In this document: positions 1 through 10,237 of the stretch, piece by piece
Layout of the letters: each line of letters begins with the position of its first letter
Numbering within the stretch: position 1 is the first letter of the stretch
Origin: Nitrospirota bacterium
GTDB lineage: Bacteria > Nitrospirota > Thermodesulfovibrionia > Thermodesulfovibrionales > Dissulfurispiraceae
DNA: 64,000 nucleotides
NCBI GenBank assembly: GCA_963790025.1
Contig: CAWBMP010000004.1
Span: forward strand, 64,001-128,000
Direction of reading: 5' to 3'
Program-made: the position numbers and the translations under genes
The notes under the pieces: generated by a model
What the model saw: only the letters and a program-made list of their open reading frames with translations
What the model was told of the DNA's origin: nothing
Database searches by the model: none

Positions 1-512
1 ATCCTGTGCAGTTCCTCCGTCTTTCTTTTCGCCCCGGCGTTCGAGTAGAGTCCTGAATGTATCTCCACCATATCAGCCTCGATTTCCCGAGCTATATCCA
101 CATCAATAATGTGAGGATTAATAAAAAGGCTGACGGGAATATCGGCTTCATGGATTTTTCTGACAGCCTCCTTAAGGCGGTCTTTCTGTCCGATCATGTC
201 CAACCCGCCTTCGGTAGTGAGTTCCTGACGTTTCTCCGGCACAAGCGTTACCATGTCAGGTTTCACCTCAAGCGCTATGCGTATCATTTCCTCTGTTGCA
301 GCCATCTCCAGGTTCAGCTCGCACGGGACCGTCTCCCGCAAAAGCTTCAAGTCTCTGTCATGCACGTGTCGTCTGTCCTCCCTGAGGTGGACAGTTATTC
401 CGTCAGCCCCTCCGAGTATGGCCAAGGTTGCGGCCACAACAGGATCGGGCTCGATCGTTTTTCTCGCCTCTCTGAGCGTAGCCACGTGGTCAACATTAAC
501 ACCGAGTATCAT
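1..512 (-). CDS. pdxJ: Pyridoxine 5'-phosphate synthase (partial, runs off left edge)
   Basis: Not in the ORF track. Manual minus-strand translation from ATG 512 gives [17 protein letters not shown]...[15 protein letters not shown]...LNLEMAA...[24 protein letters not shown] at 520-524. Confidence 0.93.
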   Translation of the reverse strand, partial: MILGVNVDHVATLREARKTIEPDPVVAATLAILGGADGITVHLREDRRHVHDRDLKLLRETVPCELNLEMAATEEMIRIALEVKPDMVTLVPEKRQELTTEGGLDMIGQKDRLKEAVRKIHEADIPVSLFINPHIIDVDIAREIEADMVEIHSGLYSNAGAKRKTEELHR

Positions 513-528
513 CTATGAACCTCCTTCT

Positions 529-2226
529 TCAGTCCGCATCTGAAATCCTGACAAGAGTGCCTTTTTTAGCGGCATAACGGAAAACTGTTATACCTTTTGC
601 CCCCTTTTCATAAGCAAGGAGATAAGCCCCGGCAACATCCTCTTTCTTTGCCTTATGGGGGAGGTTAATAGTCTTGGAAACAGCGTTATCGGTATATTTC
701 TGAAAGGCCACCTGCATCTCAATGTGGTCCTCAAACGGTATTTCCAGGGCCGTCCTAAAAAGCTTTTTTATTTTCCCCGGTATTTCCCTTATTCCCCTGA
801 GGTTGCCATTGCCCAAAACACGTTTCATCACCGCATCAGAATAAAACTCCTGTTTTTTTGCTATCTCGATAAAATATTTATTAGTCTCATAGATTTCGGT
901 ATCAAGAACAAGCCTCTTGTATGCAACGGCAAAAAGAGGTTCGATGCCGCTCGAACAGTCTGCAATAGTGGATATTGTCCCGGTCGGAGCAACGGTAGTT
1001 GTCGTGGCGTTCCTGACCTTCGGCATACCGGGTGCATCGTAAACCGACCCCCTGAAATTGGGAAACATACCGCGGTTATCTGCAAGCTCCACCGAGGCCT
1101 CACGCGCCTTGTCTCTTATAAACTTCATTACCCGGCGGGCCAGCAGGAAGGCCTTCCTGTCGTTGTAAGGAATGCCCAGCAGTATGAGCATATCAGCCCA
1201 ACCCATAACGCCGAGTCCTATCTTTCTGTTCCCCTTATGCATTCTTTCAATGTCAGGCAGTGGATACCGGTTTGCATCAATGCAATTATCGAGAAACCGC
1301 ACTGCGGTCTTCACGTCACTCCCAAGGGCATCAAAATCGATCTTCCCTCCTGAAACATAAAGAGACAGATTCATGGAACCCAGGACACACGCCTCAAACG
1401 GCAGGAGCGGCTGCTCCCCGCAGGGATTGGTGCTTTCAAACTGTCCGATATGCGGCGTCGGGTTGGCCCGGTTAATCCTGTCTATGAAAATGAGGCCCGG
1501 GTCTCCGGTTTCCCATGCGCTTTCAACTATCTCGTTAAAAACATCCTTTGCCTTTAATCTGCCTGCTGATTCACCGCTGCGCGGATTGATCAGATCGTAT
1601 TCAGCATCGCTTTTCAGCGCTTTCATAAAGGCATCGCTTATTGAAACAGAAATATTAAAGTTGATCAACTCACTGCTGTCCCGCTTGATTTTTATAAATT
1701 CAAGGATATCGGGATGGTCGACGCGCAGCATACCCATATTTGCGCCGCGCCTGGCGCCCCCCTGTTTTATGACCTCGGTGGCTGTATTATATATCTTGAT
1801 AAAAGAGACCGGACCGCTGGCAATTCCTCCCGTAGACCTGACAACATCCATTCTGGGCCTTAAACTGGAAAAGGAGAAGCCGGTGCCGCCGCCGCTTTGA
1901 AGGACCAGCGCAGCGTTTGTCAATGTATCAAAGATGCTCTTCATCGAGTCCTGCACCGGCAGAACAAAACATGCGGCCAACTGTCCCATTTGCTTACCGG
2001 CATTCATCAGCGCGGGAGAGTTGGGGAGAAACCTGAGTGACGTCATAAGCTCGTAAAACTTCTCTTCCCAATAGGCGACATTGTCATGGTAAAGTCCCTC
2101 TGCATCTGCAACGCCGCGGGAGACCCGCCTGAACATTTCTTCAGGGGTCTCGATAATACGTGACTTTTCGTCCCTGAGGAGATACCGTGCCCGCAGTACC
2201 TTCAAGGCATTCTCCGATAATTTCAT
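529..2226 (-). CDS. nrdJ: Adenosylcobalamin-dependent (class II) ribonucleotide reductase, short form
   Basis: Motifs PNSPALMNAG, LAACFV, GGGTG, TNPCGEQPL, CVLGS, RKIGLGVMG, TTTVAPTGT, SSGIEP, AVSKTIN; start taken at MKLSENALKVL. Confidence 0.9.
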   Translation of the reverse strand: MKLSENALKVLRARYLLRDEKSRIIETPEEMFRRVSRGVADAEGLYHDNVAYWEEKFYELMTSLRFLPNSPALMNAGKQMGQLAACFVLPVQDSMKSIFDTLTNAALVLQSGGGTGFSFSSLRPRMDVVRSTGGIASGPVSFIKIYNTATEVIKQGGARRGANMGMLRVDHPDILEFIKIKRDSSELINFNISVSISDAFMKALKSDAEYDLINPRSGESAGRLKAKDVFNEIVESAWETGDPGLIFIDRINRANPTPHIGQFESTNPCGEQPLLPFEACVLGSMNLSLYVSGGKIDFDALGSDVKTAVRFLDNCIDANRYPLPDIERMHKGNRKIGLGVMGWADMLILLGIPYNDRKAFLLARRVMKFIRDKAREASVELADNRGMFPNFRGSVYDAPGMPKVRNATTTTVAPTGTISTIADCSSGIEPLFAVAYKRLVLDTEIYETNKYFIEIAKKQEFYSDAVMKRVLGNGNLRGIREIPGKIKKLFRTALEIPFEDHIEMQVAFQKYTDNAVSKTINLPHKAKKEDVAGAYLLAYEKGAKGITVFRYAAKKGTLVRISDAD

Positions 2227-2246
2227 ACAGGAATTATAACGCAAAT

Positions 2247-2313
2247 GACAGTGTCTGTGTCAGTGTCGGTGTCGGTTCATAGATTCCGTTATTGACACTA
2301 ACACTGTCACTGA
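2247..2313. repeat. Hexamer tandem-repeat inverted element
   Basis: CAGTGT CTGTGT CAGTGT CGGTGT arm, spacer, then GACACT AACACT GTCACT complementary arm. Confidence 0.75.
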
Positions 2314-2335
2314 AACTTCGCTTTGGTTATAATAA

Positions 2336-2887
2336 ATGATGGATGTTATCGGTTTAATTGAAAAATATTACTCTCACGATTCGGAGGCCTATTTTCTCCT
2401 GGTCCACCATAGCAGACTTGTAGCGGAAAAAGCCCTTCAGGTGGCTGCACGGATTTCAATGCCCGTTCCTGATTTAACCTTTATCGAGGAAGCCGCCATG
2501 CTCCACGATATCGGCATTTTCATGACCGATGAGCCGCTTATAGGCTGTTACGGAACTCACCCCTACATAGCCCATGGCTGCCTGGGAAGAGATTTGCTGG
2601 AGAAGGAGGGCTTGCCGGCCCACGCTCTGGTGTGCGAAAGGCACGTCGGCACCGGATTGACATCCGCCGACATAGCGGAAGGCAACCTCCCCATTCCTAG
2701 AAGATCGATGAAGCCTGTGACACTGGAAGAACAAATTATCTGTTTCGCCGACAAATTCTATTCAAAAAAGAAAGACAGGCTCATGCACGAAAAACCTGTG
2801 GCTGAAATCCGAAAAGGTTTGGCCCGATACGGCAAAAGCAAACTGCAGCAATTCGATGAATGGCTGGTCCTGTTTAAAGAGAAGTAA
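2336..2887 (+). CDS. HD-domain phosphohydrolase (HDIG type)
   Basis: HHS...AMLHDIG...H...ERHVG...ICFADK motifs. Confidence 0.85.
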   Translation: MMDVIGLIEKYYSHDSEAYFLLVHHSRLVAEKALQVAARISMPVPDLTFIEEAAMLHDIGIFMTDEPLIGCYGTHPYIAHGCLGRDLLEKEGLPAHALVCERHVGTGLTSADIAEGNLPIPRRSMKPVTLEEQIICFADKFYSKKKDRLMHEKPVAEIRKGLARYGKSKLQQFDEWLVLFKEK

Positions 2888-2972
2888 AAAGTGAAAAGGT
2901 AAAAAAATTCAAGCTAAGAATTTAAAAAAGCCTTTCCTTTTGACTTTACTTTTAACTTATTACTTTTAACTT
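2882..2972. repeat. Heptamer tandem-repeat inverted element between convergent genes
   Basis: AAAAGTG/AAAAGGT arm and CTTTTGA/CTTTTAA/CTTATTA arm. Confidence 0.6.
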
Positions 2973-4249
2973 GTTTTTAATGCCCTTTCAACCGTCCTGA
3001 TGGCGCAAAACTCCCCGCACATGCTGCACACCTCTTTCTCGGCAGGCGGGACCTTGCCCCTCCACTCTCTCACCTTCTCAGGGTTTAAACTGAGAGATAT
3101 CTGTCCCTCCCAATTGAGGTCCTTTCTGAAACGGGCCATCTGCTTGTCTTTTTCCAGCGCACCGGGTACTCCTTTGGCAATATCCGCCGCATGTGCCGCT
3201 ATCTTCGACGCAATGACCCCTTCACGGACATCTTCGATGTCAGGCAGCCTTATGTGCTCAGCAGGAGTCACATAGCACAGGAAATCGGCCCCTGCGGCCC
3301 CTGCGATGGCGCCTCCTATCGCTGCAGCGATGTGATCGTATCCCATAGCAATATCCGTGACCAAAGGCCCGAGTACATAAAATGGCGCACCTTTGCAAAT
3401 CTCCTTCTGCAACTTGATATTCAGTTCCACCTGGTCCAGAGGCACATGACCCGGACCTTCTATAATGGTCTGCACGCCTGCTTCAAGCGCCCTGTCCCTC
3501 AATTCACCGAGCGTGACCAATTCCTCCAACTGGCTCCGGTCGGTTGCATCAGCAATACAGCCGGGCCGGAACCCATCTCCCAGGCTCAGGGTCAAATCAT
3601 ATTTTTTTGCCATTTCCAAAAGCCGGTCGTACTGTTCAAAGAGGGGGTTCTCCCTGTCATTCAAGATCATCCACTCAAGCAAAAAAGCTCCTCCCCTGCT
3701 GACCACGTCAAGTATACGTCTGTCCTCTCTTAACCGCTGTATGGCCTTCTGCGTGATGCCGCAGTGAACAGTAACAAAATCAACACCATCTTTAGCATGA
3801 TCTTCAATCACTCCGAAAAGGTCTTCCGGGTCCATCCTGGCAATATGGCCGCTGCTTTCGGCGGTTTTTACAATGGCCTCGTAGATCGGGACCGTGCCGA
3901 CCGCAACAGAAGATCGTTTCATTAGCGTCTGCCTTAAATCCTTTATAGCTCCGCCGGTTGAAAGGTCCATCACCGCGTCCGCACCATGTCTTATCAGCAC
4001 TTCGAGTTTTTGCAATTCCTCATCATAAGAAATCCTGTCTTTTGACGTGCCGATGTTTGCATTAATTTTTGTACGCATCCCCCGTCCGATGCCAAGAGGA
4101 AAAATATTGTGAAGCGCATTGCGGGTAATTACCGAAAAGCCTGAGGCAATATCTGTGGCGAGCCTCTCCGGTGCCATAGACTCAGTACGTGCCACCATCG
4201 CCATTTCATCGGTAATAATGCCTTTTCTTGCCTGCTCTATTCTTGTCAT
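2966..4249 (-). CDS. thiC: Phosphomethylpyrimidine synthase
   Basis: TKINANIGTS, DAVMDLSTGG, GTVPIY, SLGDGFRPG, EGPGH, CYVTPAEH, C-terminal CSMCGEFC. Confidence 0.97.
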   Translation of the reverse strand: MTRIEQARKGIITDEMAMVARTESMAPERLATDIASGFSVITRNALHNIFPLGIGRGMRTKINANIGTSKDRISYDEELQKLEVLIRHGADAVMDLSTGGAIKDLRQTLMKRSSVAVGTVPIYEAIVKTAESSGHIARMDPEDLFGVIEDHAKDGVDFVTVHCGITQKAIQRLREDRRILDVVSRGGAFLLEWMILNDRENPLFEQYDRLLEMAKKYDLTLSLGDGFRPGCIADATDRSQLEELVTLGELRDRALEAGVQTIIEGPGHVPLDQVELNIKLQKEICKGAPFYVLGPLVTDIAMGYDHIAAAIGGAIAGAAGADFLCYVTPAEHIRLPDIEDVREGVIASKIAAHAADIAKGVPGALEKDKQMARFRKDLNWEGQISLSLNPEKVREWRGKVPPAEKEVCSMCGEFCAIRTVERALKTS

Positions 4250-4262
4250 AATTCATCTCCTT

Positions 4263-4353
4263 AAAAAGTAAGGTAAAAGTCGAGGCAGAGGTAATGAAAA
4301 AACAACAAAAAAGCTTTGTTTTAATCTATACCTATACCTTTACCTCTGCCTCG
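4263..4353. repeat. Hexamer tandem-repeat inverted element
   Basis: CGAGGCAGAGGTAA (4281-4294) is the perfect complement of TTACCTCTGCCTCG (4340-4353); flanking AAGGTA/TACCTA units. Confidence 0.8.
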
Positions 4354-5005
4354 CTTTTATCGTATTCAGATACTCTTTTGCTGCTGCATTTGTATCACCT
4401 TCACCCAGTATGCCGCTTATTACCGCTATCCCCATGGCGCCTGAGTGCATCACTACCTTTATCGTATCGCGCTTGACCCCGCCGATACCAAAAACCGGAA
4501 TGGCAATTTCTTCCGTAACTTTTTTCAGTGCTTCCAATCCGACCGGCGCACCGTATTGCAATTTTGAAGGGGTCTGGTAAAGCGGACCGAAAGTGATAAA
4601 ATCGGCCCCTTCCTTTTCAGCGAGGCGTGCCTCTTCCAAACTATGAGTGGAAACACCGATGAAAAGGCGGTCACCGGCTATCTTTCTGACTGCAAAGACA
4701 GGCATGGAGGCTTGTCCCAGATGCACGCCGTCAGCACCGGCGCATAGAGCTATATCAGCCCGGTCGTTTATAAAAAATTTTGCATGATAATGCATGGTCA
4801 GTTCTCTCATCCTGTATGCCATTGCAAGTAATTCCCTTGTGGACAAATCCTTCTCCCTTAACTGCACCGCTTCAACACCCGCCTTCAGAGCACCTCCAAG
4901 GGCCCCAAAAAAAGCATCATGGTCAGAGAATACCTTTCTATCAGTAATCAAATAAAGATTGAAATCTACTTTCCGTTCATGCATAAGAGCACCGCAATGC
5001 ATCAC
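4340..5005 (-). CDS. thiE: Thiamine-phosphate synthase
   Basis: LYLITD, VQLREK, INDRADIA, GVHLGQ, GVSTHS, TPSK, GIGG; start may be 4984. Confidence 0.95.
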   Translation of the reverse strand: MMHCGALMHERKVDFNLYLITDRKVFSDHDAFFGALGGALKAGVEAVQLREKDLSTRELLAMAYRMRELTMHYHAKFFINDRADIALCAGADGVHLGQASMPVFAVRKIAGDRLFIGVSTHSLEEARLAEKEGADFITFGPLYQTPSKLQYGAPVGLEALKKVTEEIAIPVFGIGGVKRDTIKVVMHSGAMGIAVISGILGEGDTNAAAKEYLNTIKARQR

Positions 5006-5010
5006 CGGTT

Positions 5011-5781
5011 TCAGAGCAATCCTTCTATCGGGCTGCTGGCCGCAGCGTAAAGCTTCTTCCCCATTCTCCCGGCCTTATATGCCAGCCGTCCTGCAATTAC
5101 AGCGTGCTTCATCGCGGTTGCCATTGCTATAGGGTCTTTGGCTGCGGCAATTGCGGTATTGATCAGCACCGCATCACAACCAAGCTCCATTGCAATCGTC
5201 GCATCAGAAGCGGTACCGACTCCAGCGTCAACAAGGACAGGGACCTTTGATACCTCGATGATTATTTTGATGTTGTAAGGATTTCTAATCCCCAGTCCCG
5301 AGCCGATCGGCGCACCGAGCGGCATCACCGCGGCGGCCCCTGCATTCTCGAGTCGCCTGGCCATTATGGGGTCATCGTTAGTGTAAGGAAAGACAATGAA
5401 GCCCTCTTTTGCAAGTATTTCAGTTGCCTGGAGGAGCCCTATGGTATCGGGAAACAACGTCCGCTCATCCCCGATAACCTCGAGCTTGATCATGTCCGAT
5501 ATTCCTGCTTCCCTCGCCAGACGTGAATACCTCACGGCATCCTCCACAGAGTAGCATCCTGCCGTATTGGGTAGTATCCTGTATCTCTTCGGGTCAATAT
5601 AATCGAGAAGATTCTCTGATTTCCTGTCCGTGATATTCACCCTCCTCACTGCAACGGTCACCACATCAGCGCCGGAAGCTTCTACCGCCTTCGCTGTTTC
5701 GGCAAAGTTTTTATACTTTCCGGTGCCGATCCAGAGTCGGGAATTAAACTCGGTCCCCCTGATGATTAATGTGTCATCCAC
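5011..5781 (-). CDS. thiG: Thiazole synthase
   Basis: [55 protein letters not shown] start 5781 with GGAGG upstream. Confidence 0.96.
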   Translation of the reverse strand: MDDTLIIRGTEFNSRLWIGTGKYKNFAETAKAVEASGADVVTVAVRRVNITDRKSENLLDYIDPKRYRILPNTAGCYSVEDAVRYSRLAREAGISDMIKLEVIGDERTLFPDTIGLLQATEILAKEGFIVFPYTNDDPIMARRLENAGAAAVMPLGAPIGSGLGIRNPYNIKIIIEVSKVPVLVDAGVGTASDATIAMELGCDAVLINTAIAAAKDPIAMATAMKHAVIAGRLAYKAGRMGKKLYAAASSPIEGLL

Positions 5782-5980
5782 GTGAGCCTCCTCCAACAAA
5801 ATTCACTATTTCTACAACATCGCCTTCGTGCAGCGGAAGCCGCTCAAAGTCAGTCCTCCTGAGCACTTTGAGGTTCACTTCAACAGCAACCCTTTCAGGC
5901 TTGATTTCCTTCTCTTGCAAAAGCTGCAGCACTGTTGCCGCAGCTGTCTCCAAATCTTCACCATTTACTTTAAGTCTCAT
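5774..5980 (-). CDS. thiS: Sulfur carrier protein
   Basis: VNGE...VAVEVN...[13 protein letters not shown], followed by extra SRG. Confidence 0.93.
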   Translation of the reverse strand: MRLKVNGEDLETAAATVLQLLQEKEIKPERVAVEVNLKVLRRTDFERLPLHEGDVVEIVNFVGGGSRG

Positions 5981-5987
5981 AATAACT

Positions 5988-6022
5988 AAAAATCCCCTAT
6001 CCCTGATGGGGGAATAGAGGAC
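5988..6022 (-). terminator. Intrinsic terminator, expression platform of the TPP riboswitch
   Basis: Minus strand TCCTCTATTCCC...GGGATAGGGGA followed by TTTTT just before thiS. Confidence 0.75.
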
Positions 6023-6028
6023 TGTCTT

Positions 6029-6116
6029 CCATTCCCTACGCCGGAATTATCCGGATCAGGTTCAAGGGGTATATTCCAAAATAGGAAAACTCTCAGGCCT
6101 AAGGCCTCCCCCATGG
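6029..6116 (-). ncRNA. TPP riboswitch aptamer
   Basis: Minus strand ...GGGGAGGCC TTA GGCCTGAGAG...ATACCCCTTGAACCTGATCCGGATAATTCCGGCGTAGGGAA upstream of thiS. Confidence 0.95.
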
Positions 6117-6124
6117 TTAATTGA

Positions 6125-6154
6125 ATCATATACCGAAAAAATTATATTTGTCAA
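6125..6154 (-). promoter_or_regulatory. Sigma70 promoter of thi operon
   Basis: TTGACA-N18-TATGAT directly upstream of the riboswitch. Confidence 0.7.
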
Positions 6155-6159
6155 TAAGA

Positions 6160-6220
6160 AAGGAAGAGTAATGAAGGATATGTCTCTTCCGTCTCAGACG
6201 CTACAGAGACACATCCTTCA
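6160..6220 (-). terminator. Probable terminator of greA-pyrK-pyrD-DUF62 operon
   Basis: 16-bp stem (6172-6187 / 6205-6220, one G-U on the minus strand) followed by a pyrimidine-rich tract. Confidence 0.55.
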
Positions 6221-6246
6221 ATACACTTCATGGATTGCAGATAAAG

Positions 6247-7038
6247 TTATTTGTAAACTAAAATCTTATCTCTTTTTTGAAGCCCGAATTCTTTCGCTGC
6301 ATGCCCGTTTTTAACAAATAACTCAAGATGACCTGAGCTGTTCACGAGGCAGCTAAGACTGTTTTCTTCGGTCTGAGCATAATACTGTACAGGCTGAATA
6401 ATAACATTGTTGACCTCAACATTATATCCATTGCCCATCGATGTAAGATCATCACTTCTAATGCTGGTTATGGCGTTGCCAAAACCGTCTATATAAATAA
6501 CTTCTCCGGAGATGCCACTGCGCGCAACTTGGGCACATGCAACAGGAAGCAAAACGAAATCTTTGGCAGGCGACCCTAATTTACGTGGTTCCAGCCCTTT
6601 TGACAGCCAGGCAGCAACAGGCGCAAACATATCCCTGCCTTGGAATGTGGGGCTCTTTGCTGAAACCATGTATTTTTCTTCATATATATGATGCACGGAA
6701 AAAGAAACGGAGTCTCCTTTTCTGTTGAGTATATAAGAAAACACTCCATTATCAGGCCCTATAAAATAGTGGCCTTCTGCCTCGATAATAAGGGCTTTCC
6801 GTCTGGAACCTACGCCTGGGTCCACTACACCTATATGTATAGTTCCCGAAGGGAAATAGCTGAAACTCGATCCGATAATGTATGCGGCCTCATCAATATC
6901 CTGAGGCTGTATCGAATGGGTCATGTCAACAATTGCCGCGTCTCGATTTATCGATAAGATAACACCCTTCATTTGGGCAACGAAGGGGTCTTTACAGCCA
7001 AAATCAGTAGTGAGTGTTATTATTCGATTATCGCTCAT
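6247..7038 (-). CDS. SAM hydroxide adenosyltransferase / chlorinase-fluorinase family (DUF62)
   Basis: [45 protein letters not shown]. Confidence 0.92.
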   Translation of the reverse strand: MSDNRIITLTTDFGCKDPFVAQMKGVILSINRDAAIVDMTHSIQPQDIDEAAYIIGSSFSYFPSGTIHIGVVDPGVGSRRKALIIEAEGHYFIGPDNGVFSYILNRKGDSVSFSVHHIYEEKYMVSAKSPTFQGRDMFAPVAAWLSKGLEPRKLGSPAKDFVLLPVACAQVARSGISGEVIYIDGFGNAITSIRSDDLTSMGNGYNVEVNNVIIQPVQYYAQTEENSLSCLVNSSGHLELFVKNGHAAKEFGLQKRDKILVYK

Positions 7039-7991
7039 TCACCCCTTTTCTCATTCACTCTGAGGCTTCCGATAAGGTCATTAATATCGGCAATGTTTTC
7101 TTCTAGCATGAACCGTTCTATTCCGTCTATTATCTCAAGTGCAGCAGTGGGATTGACGAAATTGGCAGTCCCTACGGCAACCGCTCCGGCGCCGGCAATC
7201 AAAAACTCCAACGCATCCCGGGCCGTCATGATACCTCCCATTCCAATAACCGGGATGCGGACCGCCTTGTGTGTCTCCCATACCATCCGAACGGCAATAG
7301 GTCTTATGGCCGGACCGGAAAGCCCTCCGGTATTATTTGCGAGTACGGGTCTTCGCTTCCTTATGTCCACGACCATGCCTGTGATAGTGTTCATGACAGA
7401 CAAAGCATCCGCGCCGGCATTTTCTGCCACCTTTGCCATCCAGCCGATATCTGTAACATTAGGGGAGAGCTTAACAATCAAGGGCAGATCGGTGGCCTTC
7501 CTCACTTCCGTGATAACATGGTCCATTGTCCCGGGATCAGTGCCGAACACAATCCATCCTTCCTGCTTATTGGGGCAGGATATATTCATCTCAAGGGCTT
7601 GGACACCTTCCGCTTTACTCAATTCGCCGGCAGCCTTGACATATTCCTCTACTGAATCTCCGAAAAAATTTACAATCACCGGCGTATCGAATTGCTTCAG
7701 GAAAGGGAGTTTATCTTTTATAAATGCCTTGACGCCGATATTCTGAAGACCTATGGCATTTAGCATGCCGGCAGGCGTCTCGACAATCCGGGGCGTCGGA
7801 TTTCCTTCACGGGGTGTTATCGAGAGTCCCTTTACTACGATGGCCCCGAGCCTGTTCAAGTCGAAATACTCCGCATACTCCTCACCATAACCGAATGTCC
7901 CCGACGCAGTCATAACAGGGTTTTTCAGTTTCAGAGAGGCAACGTTTACGGATAACCCGGGACTGCCCGGATGGTCTGTTACATTTACCAT
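7035..7991 (-). CDS. pyrD: Dihydroorotate dehydrogenase 1B catalytic subunit
   Basis: [44 protein letters not shown]. Confidence 0.95.
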   Translation of the reverse strand: MVNVTDHPGSPGLSVNVASLKLKNPVMTASGTFGYGEEYAEYFDLNRLGAIVVKGLSITPREGNPTPRIVETPAGMLNAIGLQNIGVKAFIKDKLPFLKQFDTPVIVNFFGDSVEEYVKAAGELSKAEGVQALEMNISCPNKQEGWIVFGTDPGTMDHVITEVRKATDLPLIVKLSPNVTDIGWMAKVAENAGADALSVMNTITGMVVDIRKRRPVLANNTGGLSGPAIRPIAVRMVWETHKAVRIPVIGMGGIMTARDALEFLIAGAGAVAVGTANFVNPTAALEIIDGIERFMLEENIADINDLIGSLRVNEKRGE

Positions 7992-8788
7992 ACAATATCC
8001 TCGATGTTAAAGACGGGACCTTCTTTACAGACCCGTTTTTGTCCGTTAACAGTCTTCACCATGCATCCAAGGCACGCCCCTATGCCGCATGCCATATGCT
8101 CTTCCATGGATGCATAGCAGGACAGCCCGGCAGCGCGCGTAATCTCGGACAGTGCTTTCAACATGGGAACCGGTCCGCATGCGTATATCTGTGATCGGTG
8201 ATACGTGCCGGGTGAAGCGGCGAGAAAATCTTTAACTGCATGGGTAATCCATCCTTTTTGTCCATCGGACCCGTCATCAGTCGTTATGAATATTTCCTTT
8301 GCCAATTCCCTGATCTCCTCCAGCATGACCAGTTCGTCAGTGTTCAAGGCGCCGTAAAACAAATAAGCCCGCTGCCTGTATTTTCTTATAAACGGAATCA
8401 GTGAGGCTATTCCTATCCCGCCGGCAACAGCGATAAAGTCTCCATCAGGCTCCGGGTAGCTGTTCCCGAGGGGTCCGATAACCTGGACCACATCACCTTC
8501 CCTGAGCTGTGAAAGCGACAAAGTCCCTTTTCCCCGGACCCGGTAAAGAAAACTCAAGCGGTCCTGTTGGGCACTGTAGATACTGAACGGCCTTTTAAGA
8601 AGAGGATCATAAGCGGTCCCTGTCTGCAGCATATAGAACTGGCCGGGTTCTGCTATAACGCTTTCAGATAACGGCCGCAACGTCAGCAGTTTGAAAGAAA
8701 GGTTAGAGGTCAGAGGTTGGAGGTTCTCACATCTTTTTATGTGGGTGTTGCCAACAATTTCAGCATTAAAAAACCTGGGGCTAGACAA
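7985..8788 (-). CDS. pyrK: Dihydroorotate dehydrogenase electron transfer subunit
   Basis: [32 protein letters not shown]...VCKEGPVF. Confidence 0.94.
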   Translation of the reverse strand: MSSPRFFNAEIVGNTHIKRCENLQPLTSNLSFKLLTLRPLSESVIAEPGQFYMLQTGTAYDPLLKRPFSIYSAQQDRLSFLYRVRGKGTLSLSQLREGDVVQVIGPLGNSYPEPDGDFIAVAGGIGIASLIPFIRKYRQRAYLFYGALNTDELVMLEEIRELAKEIFITTDDGSDGQKGWITHAVKDFLAASPGTYHRSQIYACGPVPMLKALSEITRAAGLSCYASMEEHMACGIGACLGCMVKTVNGQKRVCKEGPVFNIEDIVW

Positions 8789-9254
8789 AACTGATCTCTA
8801 CAATCTCATACTCAATTTTACGCGCAGGAGCCTTGACCACAGCAATATCGCCCACCTCTTTGCCGATTAGCGCCCTTCCTACAGGAGAACTTATGGATAT
8901 TTTGCCGCCTTTGACGTCCGCCTCGTCAGGACCCACAAGAATAAACTCATACTCTTCGTCGGCCTCTATATCAAGCACTTTCACTCTTGCGCCAAAGGCC
9001 ACAGTAGATTGGCTTATCTTTGAGGTATCAATAACATCTGCCATTGCGAGCTTCCCCTGAAGTTCCTGAATCCGCCCTTCAATAAATGACTGCCGTTCCT
9101 TGGCAGCATGGTACTCTGCGTTCTCGGACAAGTCACCGTGCGCCCGCGCTTCAGCTATAGCCTTGATGTTCCTCGGCCTGTCTTCTTTCAACAATCTGTC
9201 AAGCTCTTCCTTCATCTTTTGGTGTCCATCAGGTGTCATCGGCACGCGGCTCAT
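8781..9254 (-). CDS. greA: Transcription elongation factor
   Basis: ARAHGDLSENAEYHAAK, ISISSPVGRALIG; start at MSRVPMT with GGAGG RBS. Confidence 0.96.
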   Translation of the reverse strand: MSRVPMTPDGHQKMKEELDRLLKEDRPRNIKAIAEARAHGDLSENAEYHAAKERQSFIEGRIQELQGKLAMADVIDTSKISQSTVAFGARVKVLDIEADEEYEFILVGPDEADVKGGKISISSPVGRALIGKEVGDIAVVKAPARKIEYEIVEISFV

Positions 9255-9392
9255 GTATCGGTGTTCCCTCCTTAGCAATGCAATAATGATTGTAATATAT
9301 AGGGCAGACAAATGAATAGTATGATTTAAGATAACATGTTTAGAGAGTTTTTTCAAAAAAGGAGGTGAATCAAAATGTTAGTTGCATCTGCT

Positions 9393-9422
9393 CTGGATTC
9401 CAGTCCGCGCGGGAATAACGGC
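9393..9422. repeat. REP-like palindrome (GTYATTCCCGC...GGAATCCA family)
   Basis: Minus strand GTTATTCCCGCGCGGACTGGAATCCAG; related copies at about 19922-19984 and 47000-47067. Confidence 0.65.
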
Positions 9423-9448
9423 TTTTTACCCAGCCGCCAAAATTTATT

Positions 9449-9874
9449 TCACGTTTTGTTAGGCAGCGAAGGCAGCGGGGTTTTAAACGAATACTTGTCA
9501 TCATCGAGAAGGACCTGCGCTGCCTTGAGATTAGCGCTATTCATAACAAGCGGACCCCTCAGGTTGACCGTAATAGTCTGATTTGTAACAGTTAGAATGG
9601 ATAGTATCACCAAATCTTTCGGTTCCTTGATCTCCAGGAACGACTCAATATCATCCTTGATATCCAAGGAATAATCCGGGAACATATTGAATGGATTGAT
9701 CACTATAAAAGCCACATCCGGATCATCCACGGCATGGAGCCATTGTATGGGGTCTTTGTAGTCTATCAGCACATAACGTTTTAAGTCGGTAAATCCAGGA
9801 ATTCCCACTGGGAAAATAATAATTTTTTTCTCGTCAATTTCAATTTCACCGAATCTTGTTGTGCTGATTTTCAC
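9449..9874 (-). CDS. fliW: Flagellar assembly factor
   Basis: TTRFGEIEI, FPVGIPGF, WLHAVDDPDVAF, TVNLRGPLVMN; adjacent to csrA. Confidence 0.93.
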   Translation of the reverse strand: MKISTTRFGEIEIDEKKIIIFPVGIPGFTDLKRYVLIDYKDPIQWLHAVDDPDVAFIVINPFNMFPDYSLDIKDDIESFLEIKEPKDLVILSILTVTNQTITVNLRGPLVMNSANLKAAQVLLDDDKYSFKTPLPSLPNKT

Positions 9875-9885
9875 TTTTACCTCAC

Positions 9886-9990
9886 TTATGCGTTATATCC
9901 TACTCCGTTCAGCGCTAAAAAATCAACATCATGAAATCTTTCAATAACTTTTCGTTCTTACGCTGAACGCACAACGCAGTACGCTGTACG
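9886..9990. repeat. Heptamer tandem-repeat inverted element (ACGCNNN family)
   Basis: ACGCTGA ACGCACA ACGCAGT ACGCTGT arm with degenerate GCGTTAT/CCGTTCA/GCG opposite arm. Confidence 0.75.
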
Positions 9991-10224
9991 TTATTTTTCT
10001 TTCATCCCCAGAAAATCCCTCAGCTTGTCCATGTCAGCTTCGACCGATTCTTTATTTAATTGTTTAAGCTTCTCGTATAGTTCCTCACGGTATATCGGCA
10101 GGTCTCTCGGGGCCTCGATGCCGATCTTGACAACGCCGTTGCTTAAGTCGACAATCTTGATCCGTATATTGTCGCCAATCTTAATAATCTGCCCCGTCTT
10201 TCTGCTAAGAACAAGCATTCCCAC
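9991..10224 (-). CDS. csrA: Carbon storage regulator
   Basis: [18 protein letters not shown]...[17 protein letters not shown]. Confidence 0.95.
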   Translation of the reverse strand: MGMLVLSRKTGQIIKIGDNIRIKIVDLSNGVVKIGIEAPRDLPIYREELYEKLKQLNKESVEADMDKLRDFLGMKEK

Positions 10225-10237
10225 CTCATTTCAAAAA

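Noticed and set aside
57..543. Plus-strand ORFs 57..518 and 253..543
   Set aside because: Antisense shadows of pdxJ, which is on the minus strand and missing from the track because it is edge-truncated.
6247..7038. Halogenase (fluorinase/chlorinase) activity
   Set aside because: Housekeeping context; most DUF62 members are SAM hydrolases and the sequence alone cannot support halogenation.
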